NCBI RefSeq assembly: GCF_033153115.1
Contig: NW_026889803.1
Coordinates: 15,004,001-15,068,000 of the forward strand
Length of the DNA stretch: 64,000 nucleotides
Direction: 5' to 3'
DNA from: Saccostrea echinata
Taxonomy: Eukaryota
Part shown: piece after piece, positions 14,017-27,520 of the stretch
Layout: the number at the start of each line of letters is the position of its first letter
Position numbering within the stretch: position 1 is the first letter of the stretch
Notes under the pieces: model-generated
Databases searched by the model: none
Seen by the model: the letters and a program-made list of their open reading frames with translations, nothing else
What the model was told of the DNA's origin: nothing
Position numbers and translations under genes: made by a program

Positions 14017-14692
14017 TTTTCACTGAAGAAATGTCAAAAGTGCGGCAGATTTTCTTTTCCTTCCCAAAAATATTATATAATGTTGTAAGATAGTGAGAGT
14101 ATAAATCATCTTGACACGAAATATAAACTGTTTAAGTTTCTCCAATCGTTGTTAAAAACCCATCTTAGTTATGACGTCTCACAAATGCTCAACTATGACG
14201 TCAGAGCCTAATACACTGCGTTACGAAAAGACAGTTCTAAGCAAAAGGAAAATCAAAGAAAATGTAGTAAACAGAAAATCCAATGTTTTATAGTTGAATA
14301 TAGAATTTATTTCGCGAGTGGGACGGGGTGAATATAAAAAAAGTTTCTGTCTCAAGAATGAAATAAATTTCATATCCAACCACACTTTGCACTCGTGAAA
14401 ATAACAAAAAATCCTGTCTCACGAATGAAATAAATTCCATATCCAATTCCGAAATACTGAATATGTATACCATATGTATACCAATTTCATCCTAGGCATG
14501 TACTGCCTTCGTTAATGCTGAGTATGGGTACCCAAATTTCAGTAGCAAGTTGACTATAGATTTTAAAGACAACGGGAATGGTTAAAAACGATTTTTCGGA
14601 AGTTTATTCCAACTCCTATCAGATCGAATTGCGGTTTCTCCATAAACTTCAAAAAGATTATCGTAACATCTTTCATTGAAAATATAAGCACA

Positions 14693-16276
14693 TTACTGAT
14701 TCCCCTTCTCAAAGCCGTATCCCAGTTTCAGTAAACGAAAGACGAAGACGAATGATTGGAATCTGTAGAAACTCGCCAGAGGTAATATTGCCAGTCTGAT
14801 GGAGGGCCAGGACGGGCCAACAAGTTTTTCATAAGCTCTATCAAAGTGCGGGAAAAGCGAGAAGAATTCACTTAATCCCCAGCAAAGAAAGTTTGTAATC
14901 ATTAAACATAAGAGTATGTATTTGAATTTTTGAATATCCTTCAGACAAATCTTCTTGAGAGAAACGATGAAGATAGTCTGGTAATAAATCTGTACCAGCA
15001 GTAAGGAAAAGCGAACAATACTTACACCGGATACGTGCATCGTCAACGAATACGCAAGTCCGAGTCCGTTGAAGATAACGGTTCCAGTTGAAGATACAAT
15101 GAAAATGGTGTCATTATTCAACAAATAACCCCTATTCGTCGAATCAGTAGATTTTGTTGATTTTATTCTTTTCAAAAAGTGAAAGCCCATCAATAAAATA
15201 AGTATTAAAATAGTTGTCGGAAGAGTAATGCACCATTGCCAAGCAGTGAACAAATCTTCCTGGGCAAGACCGAATTGTCTCATTATCAAAACAACTATAC
15301 TGGGCACATAAAATGCAAAAAACATGATTGAAATGAAAATACTTTGACTGTAAAATCGACACCATCTTGCACAGTTTTGTACCTTACTCGTAACGGATAT
15401 CGAATTAGCAATTTCATCGCCATAAAATCTATTAGCAAATTTTTCTCTTTGCACGAAGATAAAAATACGTGGAAACATGCTCAAAATGAAACAAATGGAG
15501 ATGAGACAATATTCTTGCTGCATAGGAACCATAACTCCATCTATTGGTTGTAGCAAAGGGACCTGCTTTCTACTTTTCCAGAAGCACGCTTTCGAAGTAA
15601 TGTTTCTACTTCTTTGGTCATCACGCTTCTTGTAAGTCACCATTCCATACATCAGTCTAAATGCCTCGAATAAATACAATGCAATGTTTGCCAGTAAAAT
15701 CACGGAAAGAAAATAATGTACCAGAAGACTTCGTTTAAAATGAAATCTAGACAATCGGCTGATCACTGTCAACTGGATGAAGAAAAATACAATTTGAAGA
15801 AAACGTCCAGCAGCACTTATAAGGTAATAATGATTAGTCTTAAGTTTATGTCCTGGTAATTTTATTTCATTTTCTTGAAAACATTGAAAGTCAATGATGA
15901 TATTTAAGAAATGGAAGAATATTATACATATTCCGAAGAACCAGTAAAAGAGTTGTACCATCTTCGATACAGGGTCATTTCGTGGGTCTGCTAGATACTT
16001 ATCAGTTCGAAACTTAGCTAGAACATACAAAATAAGCCACAGAACTGATGACGTCACCACTAGAAAATCTAAAATTAGAAGTGTCACGGGGTAATGACGC
16101 AAAGAATACAACACAGTAGGATTTAGGTATTCTCCGAAAAATGTAAATAAAATTCCAGTGATACTTGTGGCAAAAAGAATAGAGGAGACATGTCCATCTC
16201 TCTCGGAAGATTTTAGATCAACAGTATTTCCAACAGTGAGCATTTCTTTCAGAGTTTTTGAAAGCATTAACATCAT
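14693..16276 (-). CDS. Otopetrin-like proton channel, paralog B (527 aa, single coding exon)
   Basis: Multi-TM protein colinear with paralog A. Motifs FFFIQL, LLAN, VPMQQEY, QIYYQT, ITN, PLASFYRFQS. Confidence 0.8.
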   Translation of the reverse strand: MMLMLSKTLKEMLTVGNTVDLKSSERDGHVSSILFATSITGILFTFFGEYLNPTVLYSLRHYPVTLLILDFLVVTSSVLWLILYVLAKFRTDKYLADPRNDPVSKMVQLFYWFFGICIIFFHFLNIIIDFQCFQENEIKLPGHKLKTNHYYLISAAGRFLQIVFFFIQLTVISRLSRFHFKRSLLVHYFLSVILLANIALYLFEAFRLMYGMVTYKKRDDQRSRNITSKACFWKSRKQVPLLQPIDGVMVPMQQEYCLISICFILSMFPRIFIFVQREKFANRFYGDEIANSISVTSKVQNCARWCRFYSQSIFISIMFFAFYVPSIVVLIMRQFGLAQEDLFTAWQWCITLPTTILILILLMGFHFLKRIKSTKSTDSTNRGYLLNNDTIFIVSSTGTVIFNGLGLAYSLTMHVSGVSIVRFSLLLVQIYYQTIFIVSLKKICLKDIQKFKYILLCLMITNFLCWGLSEFFSLFPHFDRAYEKLVGPSWPSIRLAILPLASFYRFQSFVFVFRLLKLGYGFEKGNQ

Positions 16277-16659
16277 GAAGTCGGTTTTGCTGTTTCAGAT
16301 GTTTCATGTATCATTATGTTACAAAATGTGATTGATTTGAATTATTTGTGATATAGAAAAGGGATTTATTAAATTGATGATACTAAACTTAAGTTCCAGG
16401 AAATATTCATACTAAGAAGAGGTCCTATTTGCAAACAAGGAAATTAATAATTTCCACATGTCGTTATAAGTAATTCGAAACTAAATAAGTGTAGTTAAAA
16501 AAGATTCAGTGCTATCACAAACAAGGACATGCAATGGTTAATGGCTCTTGGTCTTCTCCAAGGAATTTACACAAAGATGACTACAAATGTCCTCAATTTT
16601 CATTGTATCCTTGAACAATTAAGAATGTCGAAATGGTATTTCCTCCAAAAGCAGATTTA

Positions 16660-16960
16660 TTGCTTGATTGTTTGATGTTTAACGTCCCTCTCGAGAATTT
16701 TTCACTCATATAGAGACGCCACCACTTGCCGGTGAAGGGCTACAAATTTTGACCTATACTCGGCACTTAGGGCCATTGAGCAGTGAGGGATCTTTTTCGT
16801 GCCAACACATACTGCGACACGGGACCTCGGTTTATACGGTCTCATCCGAAGTACCGGTCTCCACGTCCCGCAGTGGGATTCGAACCCGCAACTTAAGGAT
16901 CAACTCCTTACTCCGTGACTCTAGAACAGACCATCTAACCACTGCGCCATGCGATCGACC
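16660..16960 (-). mobile_element. tRNA-derived SINE, same family as 13736-14016
   Basis: A/B boxes and conserved core. TSD aaagcagattta at 16648-16659 and 16961-16972. Confidence 0.9.
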
Positions 16961-17035
16961 AAAGCAGATTTAAGAAATAACAAGACGTAAACGATGTCAT
17001 GAATAAATGTGAGGTTACCTATTTAATTTTTTTTA

Positions 17036-17879
17036 ATTACTATAGAATAATCAGAATGCCCATATGGATTGTGAAGTTCAACGTTATTATATTTTTTTTA
17101 AATAGTGAGAATTAGATTTAATCTGATGAGGTTAATCTCACATAAAGTAAACATATTGTCACTATACCATGGCTGATCAATAGTAATTAAAAGTATCTGA
17201 TATAAAAACTATCAGTGACTAATTTTCAAGTTTCCCTGTTAACGCACCGTGTGCAAATTTTAAACATACCTAGCTGGGATGCAAATTTTGCTCTCGGGTG
17301 TATTTTGGCGCATTTGTGAACGAGAGGGGGGGGCTATATTTAAACGGGAGGGGGGGGGAAGATTTGAACAAGAGTATTTTTATTCCTAGTGTAAAATTTA
17401 CATCTCGTCAGACTTGTCGCCAATGAACTTTTACATATGAGTGTAATTTTAGCCCTGTGAACGCGGAGTAATATTTACACACGAGTGCAGATATCGAAAT
17501 TGTGTATGAAACAATGCATCATTTTTTTTGAAACACGCATAATATCATATAATAGAAAGCACACTGATGTGTCGATAAATTCAAATATTGATACAACATT
17601 CAATGACTGGGGAGTGCAAGCGGAATAGCAGATACTGGTGAAGAAAAATAGAGTTTTCCATAGTACATGAGAAGAAGAAATTGAAGAAAAATCAGAAAAT
17701 TTTATAAGAGGTAATCTAGGTATTCTTAGAGTGCTTGGAAACTACCAAATCAATACTGATTTACACACAGTTTGCTAGTGCAAGTGAACGCATTGCAAAT
17801 ATTACATTTACACAAAATGAATAAAATTTGCTTATAATGTAAAATATCCGCCTTATTTTCTTCTTCGTTTCCACTCAAA
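17036..17879 (+). repeat. Diverged duplicate of intergenic block ~995-2770
   Basis: Colinear matches such as aatatttacacacgagtgcagatat, ttgaagaaaaatcagaaaattttataa, atactgatttacacacagtttg and ttcgtttccactcaaa. Confidence 0.8.
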
Positions 17880-17889
17880 GGAACATAAA

Positions 17890-18142
17890 GTCGCCCGCGT
17901 TGCGCAGTGGTTAGAGCGTTTGTTCTAGAGTCGCGGGGTAAGGAATTGATCCTTACGTCGCGGGTTCGAATCAGCTGTGCAACGTGAAGACCGGTCCTTC
18001 GGGTGATACCGTATTAACCGAGGTTCTATGTCGCAGTAGCTGCTGGCAAGAAAAAGCTCCCTCACTTCTCAATGGCTGTAAGTACCGAGTATAGGTCTAA
18101 ATTTGCAGCCCTCCACCGTCAAGTGGTGGCGTCTCAGTATGA
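17890..18142 (+). mobile_element. tRNA-derived SINE, 3'-truncated
   Basis: Head gtcgcccgcgttgcgcagtggttagagcg...ggttcgaatc plus family core; no tail. Confidence 0.85.
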
Positions 18143-19371
18143 TGCATAACTTATTCTGTTTAAGAGTATTGACAGTACCTATTAAAACTGGAACTTATTG
18201 GACTATTCTTAGGAGCAAAATTGGCAAAAAAAAAATTAACGGAAGATTTTAACCATCAAAATGTGGAAGTCATTTTCTCGCCCAACTGTCATATTACCTT
18301 AAAATGGATTATATCCAAGAAACTACATAAAACCATTTGTTTCAGATCGGATCAAGGAATTCAAGACGCAAGTAGAAACCCAGTGTTGGAGATACATTCT
18401 TATGTGTTTGATTCCTGTCGAAATACAGACAAGAGGTTTCTCTTCCAAGGCATCATTTCATGAATGTTTGGACTGTCATAGTTAAAAATCATTTTCAATG
18501 GCCACAATGGAAACCTTCTAATGAATGTACCCTAGTGTTACAAAATGATGAAGTTAACGAAGAGCTCATTGATCTTAGGATTTGGGTATACATGTGTGTA
18601 ACACATTTAATATAGTAAGATTGAACAATCTCAGGAAACCACTTAGTACTACCAGATATACTCTGCATTTTATTCAGTAGTTTAGATAATTGAATACAAT
18701 ATGAAAATTAAATCGCAACATAAAGCAGAAACACTCATTCATTATAAACAAAGCCATATTGGTGTGGCTTAAAGATGTACAACAGCAAGAATTTTATCTT
18801 TTTCTTAAAAAGAAAATCACAGCCATCACAAGATGAATCTGTCTACCAACAAAAAAAAGACAACTGAATCTGTGCCTTAGCGAAAATCAGAACTTATACA
18901 AGTTGCATTGAAGCGTATAGTAGAGGAGTGAGAATACAAGCCTTGATTTTAATTTTTTTTTTTTGGCTGTAAGAGGAGTATAGACCATTCCTCTCTACAT
19001 GTCCCAATTGCAACCAATTGCTTCCAAAACCTCATATATTCTCATCTTAATGGTACTTAACGTTCACAAGAAGATTTTACATGACGATGGTGTATACAGA
19101 CTGATATTGAAATCTGTAAAACTTTCTGGATTTCATTCATCCATTTAACAAAATGTAAAAAATGCGTCCAATTCATTAAAAATTTTTGGACAACCATGTA
19201 GCATACCGGCCTGGATTTACATCCTCTCCCGAAGAATCGAGTATCTGAATAATTCTGACCACTTCACGTCTCGGGTGCATAACGCTTAACCCATACACGT
19301 CAAGATAAGCAAAAAATGCACATAGAGAGGATATTTAATGTTTTGTATAGTTAAATATGGAATTTATTTAT

Positions 19372-19402
<31 letters not shown>

Positions 19403-19485
19403 ATTTCTTTCTTCTTTTTTGTGCGAAGCACGAATTTAAATTTTTTAAAATCCACACGAGTGAAATAGAGTCCATTCCCAAGAGA

Positions 19486-21045
19486 AACAAGAGACCCATG
19501 GGCCACATCGCTCACATAAGCACTTCGGCTAGAGAAAGCAGAGATCAGTTCAGAATTGAAAATTTAAAAAATGTAAATGGTTCCACCCTACCTCCCAAGG
19601 GTGATGACTGGAACAAAATATATAAGTCTTGCTTCCATATTAATATAACTACTTAGTAACCATGGTTTGCTATTATTGAGAAGAAGATTTTTAAAATTTT
19701 CCCCTATAGATTCGATACATGTACATTTAAAACTTTGATTGCCTAATGTGGCCCCACCATACCCCAGGGAGTCATGATTTGAACAAACTTTAATCTACAT
19801 TACCTGACAAATCTTCTAAATTAATATGACTAATCCTGGCTCTGCTATTCTTTAATTCTATGATTTAAAGATATTTCCTGCATCTTCGTATGTATACTAT
19901 GGCCCCATGTTGTGGTATCGCCCTACCCTTTACTGTCATGATTTGAACAAATTTGAATCTACACTACCTAAAGATGCTTCTGTATTTATATGACCATTCA
20001 TAGTTGTGCTGTTCTTAAGAAGAAGATTTTCTAATATCTTCCTATGTGTAACTTTCATCCATTGTTATGGCCCCAACCTACCCCTGGGGGTCATGATTTG
20101 AACAAACTTGAATTTACACTACAAGAGGATGCTTCGTTATTAATATGACTTATCATGACTTTGCTTTTCTTGAGAAGAAGATGATTAATGATATTTCCTA
20201 CATATTCATGTAGAACTTTGATCCCCTGCTGCAGTCCTACCCTACCCGGGAGGTCATGATTTGAACAAATTTGAATCTATACTATTTGAGGAAGCTTTTG
20301 TATTAATCTGACTAGTCTTGGCTTTGCTGTTCCTGAGAAGAAGGTGTTTAATAATATTTCCTATATATTCCTGTGTATAATTAAGATCCCCTGATGTGGC
20401 TGTACCCTACCACGAGGTGTCATGATTTGAGCAAACTTGAATCTACACTATGTAATGATGCTTTTAGATAAGTTTCTTTTCTGGTCCAGTGGTTCTTGAG
20501 AAAAAGATTTTTAAAAGATGTCAATTACACTTATTCTTAATTATCTCCCCTTGAAAGCTTTGATCCTTATTGTGACCCCACCCTATCCTCGGGGTCCATA
20601 ATTCGAATAAAGTTTGATGTAAAACTTTGATTGCCAATTGTTGCCCCACCCTATCCTCGGGTTCATGTTTTGAACAAACTTGAATATACACTACCTGTGT
20701 ATGCTTCCATATACCTGGTAAATATGACTGATCTGACATGGCTTTGCTTTTCTGGAGAATTTTTTTTTCAATTTATACCCATGTTAAATTTGATCGTCTA
20801 TAGTGGCCCCACTCTATCCCCGGGGTCATGATTTGAACGAATTTGAATTTATACTATGTCAGGAAGCATTCACAAAAGTTTCATATTTTCTGGCCAACTT
20901 GTTCTTGAGAAAAAGATTTTAAAAGATCCCCACCAGTTTATTTCACTGTTTTCTTATTTTTCTACCCTTGGAAGAGGGTGTGGCCCTTCGTTTGAATAAA
21001 TTTGAATCCCCTAAACCCAAGGAAACTCTGTGCCAGTTTTGGTTG

Positions 21046-21076
<31 letters not shown>

Positions 21077-21168
21077 CAAATTGTAAAAAAAAATTAACGA
21101 CGACGGCAACAACGACGACATCGACGACCGACAACGGACAAATTTTGATCAGAAGAGCTCACTTGAGT
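19486..21168. repeat. HINE/Helentron-type element with ~8 diverged ~165-bp satellite monomers
   Basis: Ends are aacaagagacccatgggccacatcgctcac and (gac)n-ggacaaattttgatcagaagagctcacttgag. gtcatgatttgaacaaacttgaatctacacta recurs at ~165-bp spacing. Confidence 0.8.
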
Positions 21169-21394
21169 TTAATTTGAACAATTCGCCAACTTTATTACTT
21201 CCTTATGGTAAGTTTAACATTCTTTATATGATACTTTTTAAATCTTCTCATAATAGCGAACTTGTGCTGCGATGTGGTAGTCTGCATTTCTGCTATCTTT
21301 CCTGGTGACACACTCATGCAAATATAAAACACAAATAGGATATTAATCTCTAAAGATCGTGCCTCGTGTGTCTGTAACCGATTCGGTCAGTGGA

Positions 21395-21512
21395 TGATAG
21401 GCATCTGACCCCACCTCTGGTATTCCCAAGGGTCGTCCGCGTTTTGCCCTGTCCTCGGTTTTGTATTGTTTATAAAATTTAAGAGATTAAGAACTGATAT
21501 CTTCACCTTTTA
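21395..21512 (+). repeat. Tail fragment of the Penelope-like family seen at 12.1 kb
   Basis: gcatctgaccccacctct... is the reverse-complement relative of 12190-12210. Confidence 0.55.
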
Positions 21513-22583
21513 CACCAAGACATTACAAATAGAAACCTGTACCTCTGGGCATCTTGAACTTCCAGAAGTGCACAATAAGGATACTACAAAAGAATTTCTG
21601 ATAAAGATTCAGGTACATAGAACCTCGCTTCGGGTACCTTAGATATCCTCCGAGACTGTAGTGGCATTTATCAAAATAATACTTGAAATTCGCGGAAGTT
21701 CAAAAGTAGTTTGACAAGAGATCTCGTAAAAATGAATTAACATATTTTCTCCGATAGGTAATAATGGCCATAAATAATGGATCACAGGTACCATATGTAC
21801 TTCACAACCTGTTGTCAATTTCACCTCAAACAGTTAAACAAAACTGAATATTTAGAGACGTTCATGTTTTCCCATTGTATTGGGTTCTTTCCTGCACAAT
21901 TTTCATAAATTTTAATATCGTAATTTGTCCGACTTTACTAATTTCCTTTTTAAAAAACATAACAACAAAAATAGGTGTGCTATCTAAGGTTTGCTGTAGA
22001 ATTTATGAACATAGGAATATAGGAAATTGTAACATATACAAAAAATATCAAGATGCACTTCAGCTTTGAAGTTACTAACATGTTAATTTCGATACATTTA
22101 TTGAGTCATATTTCATACTTATTAAGCAATTTCTTTTAATAATGATGTCTTTAGAACTAGATACTTTTATAACTGGAAGCATAAACAATTTTTTTTATTT
22201 AGAAAAGGGTAGATATGGTGCTTCGTACAAAGCATTTTACAGTGTAATATTGGTTTTATTTTTAAGGTTATACACAACCTTACAACAGCTGTAACGACGC
22301 ACCTTACCTTTTATACTTTTTAACCTTTATATATTCTGAATTTATAATCATTGTACCATCAGGAGTTTTAGAAAAAAAAATCAGCATGTATTACTGGCGG
22401 TTTGAATAGATATCAAACTATCCAATTTCTTGTGATATTCTAAGAGAAATAACAAAACATGCAGTTTTAAACTGGTATTTCCTCATTTGTTTTAGAAGAG
22501 GTGAAGAACATATTTAGACATTATAAAAGTCACACAAAGATCATTCAATCATTGGAACTCCTTAGTTATACAGGGAATAAGAA

Positions 22584-23002
22584 AACAAGCATTCTACCGG
22601 TAAGTGTTATCTGATTCCCGTTAAAAATTGAAAATGCCATAATTTCGTCAAAAATCAATGAAGCGGAACGAAATGCAAACTTGATCTATAAATCTTCAAA
22701 GTTAAGTCACATACCAAAAATCAGCTCTACATCTGCAAGCGTTTAGAAGAAAATTGCGGAAAACCCTTAAAAATTGAAGAGGTCGTAATTCCATCAAAAA
22801 TCAATGAAGCGGAACGAAATGCAAACTTGACCTGTAACTCATCAAGATACACTCACATGCCAAAAATCAGCTCAATATCTGCAAGCGTTTAGGAAAAAAG
22901 TGCGGAAAACCAAGTGGGACAGACGAACAGACGGACAGACGGACGGACAGACTCAGAGAAAACCTATAGTCCCGTCCGGTTTCACCGGTAGGGGACTAAT
23001 AA
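22584..23002 (-). mobile_element. HINE/pearl-like element, copy 1 (inverted, two core repeats)
   Basis: Reverse complement of copies 2 and 3, with a (ggac/agac)n microsatellite. Confidence 0.85.
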
Positions 23003-23106
23003 TCTAAAGTTTTAAACAATTGTATTCGTATCTGTACGGTTAATTGCATTTCCCCCGCAATATGTTAATTTGAATTTTAAGGGCGTACGCAATGTAGTTC
23101 TGAACT

Positions 23107-23437
23107 TTATTAGTCCCCTACCGGTGAAACCGGAGGAGACTATAGGTTTCCTCTGAGTCTGTCCGTCTGTCCGTCTGTCTGTCTGTCTGTCCGTCTGTCC
23201 GTCTCTCCCTCTGTCTGTCTGTCAGTCTGTCCCACTTGGTTTTCCGCACTTTTTTCCTAAACGCTTGCAGATATTGAGCTGATTTTTAGTATGTGAGTGT
23301 ATCTTGATGAGTTACAGATCAAGTTTGCATTTCGTTCCGCTTCATTGATTTTTGACGGAATTACGGCCTTTTCAACCAGATTACACTTGCCGGTAGGGGA
23401 CTAGTATTGCTAATGCAATACTCTCAGAATGCTTGTT
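23107..23437 (+). mobile_element. HINE/pearl-like element, copy 2 (one core repeat)
   Basis: Subterminal IR tagtcccctaccgg / ccggtaggggacta, (gtcy)n microsatellite, 3' hairpin gtattgc-taat-gcaatac. Confidence 0.85.
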
Positions 23438-23549
23438 TTATCAGATTGGTAACAAATACTTTCAAGTATATAGGCCTATAAACTTACATGTAGTTTTCGA
23501 GATGTAAGTAGGTTTCTTTCTTCATTGTGCATATTTTTGGTTATTCTAT

Positions 23550-24018
23550 TTATTAGTCCCCTACCGGTGAAACCGGCGGGGACTATAGGTTTCCTCTGAG
23601 TCTGTCCGTCCGTCTGTCTGTCTGTCTGTCTAGCTGTCCCTCTGTCAGTCTGTCCCACTTGGTTTTCCGCACTTTTTTCCTAAACGCTTGCAGATATTGA
23701 GTTGATTTTTGGTATGTGAGTGTATCTTGATGAGTTACAGATCAAGTTTGCATTTTGTTCCGCTTCATTGATTTTTGACGGAATTACGGCCTTTCAATTT
23801 TTAAGCGTTTTCCGCAATTTTCTTCTAAACGCTTTCAGATATTGAGCTGATTTTTGGTATGTGACTTTACCTTGATGAATTATAGATCAAGTTTGCATTT
23901 TGCCCCGCTTCATTGATTTTTGACGGAATTATGGCATTTTCAATTCTTATCAGGAACCAGATTACACTTGCCGCTAGGGGACTAGTATTGCTAATGCAAT
24001 ACTTTCAGAATGCTTGTT
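23550..24018 (+). mobile_element. HINE/pearl-like element, copy 3 (two ~145-bp core repeats)
   Basis: Same modules as copy 2, with the core duplicated. Confidence 0.85.
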
Positions 24019-27000
24019 AAGTTTTATTCATTTTAACATTTGCTTGTGATATGTAAAAAGAATTTATTGCCTTGGGTGGAAAAAAGCATTATTTCTCTGT
24101 ATCATTTAATTGATTAAGCTAAATTTCTTCGCTAAACATCTCAAACTTTTTTTTTTACCTTTCGCTAGATTTTCAATTAAATTGATTATTGAAAATCTTA
24201 TGCAAAATGAACTTCCGTACATTTCCAAATTGATCAATTTTTGTATGTGCACTAAAGAAAGTGTAAATACTTATCTTCTTTTTTTTATTTGTACAGATAC
24301 ACTAAAATATAATCCAATGGAAATCGTTCCTTCGGTTAACATAATGCTTCCTACGTTAGAATGGATTTTTATGTTGAATGTTAATCCATAATACAAGTAG
24401 TAATAAATGATAAAGGAAGCCTGTTCTTGATATAATTTAAAAAGGGGGATTTTGTCATTCTGTGCATTTGTATGCGTTCTTTGTCCCCCTTCAATGATAG
24501 CATTTGTGTTTGTTAATTCCTTAAATCACCATTAGGTCTATGTCTTGTAGTCTATGTGAATGATACTCTACCAGCCAGGATTAAAGTGTATAATAAGTAT
24601 TCGCTATTGTTAAGAACGGTATTTGGTATATAGATCTAAATATTAATCAATGATTTTTTATCGATTGGGCAATTGCAAATTCCTATGCATAGACAGCATG
24701 TTATAAAATGCAGAAAATTGTATTACTATATTTTTAGTGGCAGTACAATGAACTCAGTGGATCAAAGACCACAGGGTTTCTCTAAACAATGAGCGTATCT
24801 TTGATTATTTCATTCAACTCAAATAAGTTAGTTTCAAGGATTTTTTTCTACTTTTTTTCTACTTACTTTATTTACCTTAACTCTTCAAACTTCGTTTATT
24901 TTTCTACATCAACTACACCGGATGTGTTGAGTAGCATACGATGGCAGGCTGAATGAATACTTGATCAGACATATGTATATCTTCAAAATACACATTGCAT
25001 TTTCCGTAAATCAATGTGTCCGCGAACTTACCTCGTATTAATATATAATTATTGCTGGGTTGTTGTTTTTTTTAGGTCACTACGTTAATTTAGCCACCTG
25101 ATGAATACATGCAATAAATATAAATAATATAGAAATAACTCTTTATAACGAATTTTATCAATTAAGAAATTCTCAGTCTAGTGTGATTCAATGTTCAAAA
25201 AAAAAGTTATGTTCACCTGGAAAATCGTGTACATTTGAAATAACTTTTCAAAACTAATTGTATCAATCTGGATGTTCTCGATTTTAGACCAATGTTAATA
25301 AAAATAAATGTTATGTTCACCTAGAAGTCTCGTTCTGGTGAACATAACTGTTATGATAACTTAGTACGAGTTCTACATAGATCTCGGCCAATCAGAGAGC
25401 TAGGAATTCTTCAATCATATAATGAATGATATTGCTTGCAATAGCAGACTTTCTAGTTGTGGTTTAATTTTATACACAATTGTTGTACAAACTCAAATAT
25501 CTTTAAAGTAAATCAATATCATAAATGTAGATTATAAATTATACCGAAATTTAAGACTTATTCAACCTTCCCTGTACTATGAGGAGGGGCTATGATCTCT
25601 ATTTTATGTGTACACATGTATTTTCACTTTTGTATGACATGCATGGTTCATTTATCATGCTGAATTAAGTACATATCACTTCAGCTTCCCTGTGCATGTA
25701 TGTTTTGTTTTAGGTTAATACAGATACGGTTTATTACCTGCAATAAAATTCTAGAGAGTTCTTCACAGTTCATAACAACTTCATTTCAAATACAATATGG
25801 TAATAATTTTATCAAACTGACATCTTCTCCAAAGAGGCAATGATAGGTAATATTTCAATTTTTATTATTTAATTGCGTTATAAATATTGATTTAAATTCC
25901 TAAACTGTGTATTTACGTCGAAATATTAATATTACACAACTAGGAAGTTGAAGCTGTCCATAATCCGAATTTTTTTTTAAAAACATTTTTAAAAATTGGG
26001 AAGAAATTGAATGAAAGATAGACGCAGTTGAGAAACATTTTGGCCTAAATAAGGAATTCAAGTCAGCTTGACCAAAGTAAAAATAATTGATGAAAAATCA
26101 AAGAAAAAATATATTTACATTGTGCCCTGTTTTCTCCGTTCCTATGGGCAAAATCATTCGATGCAACATTAAAAAGTAACAAAAATTCCTGGATAGTAAG
26201 TGATCTTTCGGGGTTGAATTGGGGATGCAACTTAAAAGTATTTTGTACTACCTGAAGTTCTAAATTTAAAAAGTCGTGAATTAAGTTTTCTTAATTCGGG
26301 AGTTCCAGTCCTCATGCACCAAACAAGTACTTTATTCAAGTGTCCGTAACCAATACATTACAGGAATATTTTGATAGATCTATTGCCAGATGACAGTATA
26401 AATAGTAAATACTATACACAAATAGGGCATTTCATTTAAACTGTAAGCGATTGTTCCATTTAAATTCTCCAAGTATACACTAACGATTGCGTTGCCCGTG
26501 CTTCTTTAGTCTCTAAGGTCAAAAAAGCAATTTAAGAACTAATTATAGACATTTTCTTTTAAAAAATTGAAAGAATTTTGTTTCCAAATACAGGTAATCT
26601 ACATTAAGGTCGTGTGATTATGTGAAGTAGGGCAGCAGAAAGGTGGAATAGAACCAATTCAAAAGTTTTGTCAAATACTCAAACTTTTCCTTAATTACAT
26701 ATTGCTATGTTACAAATTTACCATGTTAAGTTTAAAATCTTTCCTTTACAATTATAAATACAAATTCAAACAGAGAATGGTTTATAAATTTATGTTAAGC
26801 AAACTAAAAACATTTGTGTTTTCCCCTTTAATAAGCATTTCCTTGTACTTATATATTTAAAATCTAAAATTTAAACCAAACCAAAAAAGGAGAGAAAATT
26901 GTAGTAAAGTTTTGAAGTTTAACCCTTACACTTTTATTTTGTGTACATATCTAAATATATCACCATGATATACTATTATGATAATTGTTCAAATGAAGGA

Positions 27001-27520
27001 CACCTTTTCAGGATAAAATTACAAAACTACAAAATTTAATTCAATTAAAAAAATATTCTTTAAACAAAAAAAAGTTTGTTAAATACTTTGTTCTTTTCTA
27101 CTAGTACACCATGTTTGGTTCCACAATATAATTTCCTCATGATTGTAGTTTTCTGGCAATGAAAGGACAGATATACATATATATATAATAATGGTGGTCT
27201 TTGTTACTTAGAACTACATGTACATATATTTAAAATACTTGTACATGTGTATATGTCACATGTATCTTTTTTTATGTTCACGTTCTTATAAATAAAACTA
27301 GCTTATCGATCAGCATGAAGAAAAATCACATAAAAATAACCTAGTGTTTGTCCCCCTCTATGGATGAGATCAAAGTAAGCATGCTTGATAAGTAACTACA
27401 AGTTTTACATTAAATGGTTTGTAATTCTGTATTGCAACAACCCATGGAAAGCCTCATCACATAAAAAAACCTAAGGTTATAAAGAAAAAAAACAAGGGAC
27501 ATATTCTTGGTTCCCTTTTA

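Noticed and set aside
18180-19200. Possible decayed coding sequence or third otopetrin after the duplicated block
   Set aside because: Multiple stops in the frames I read and no recognisable otopetrin or transposase motif. tBLASTn would be needed.
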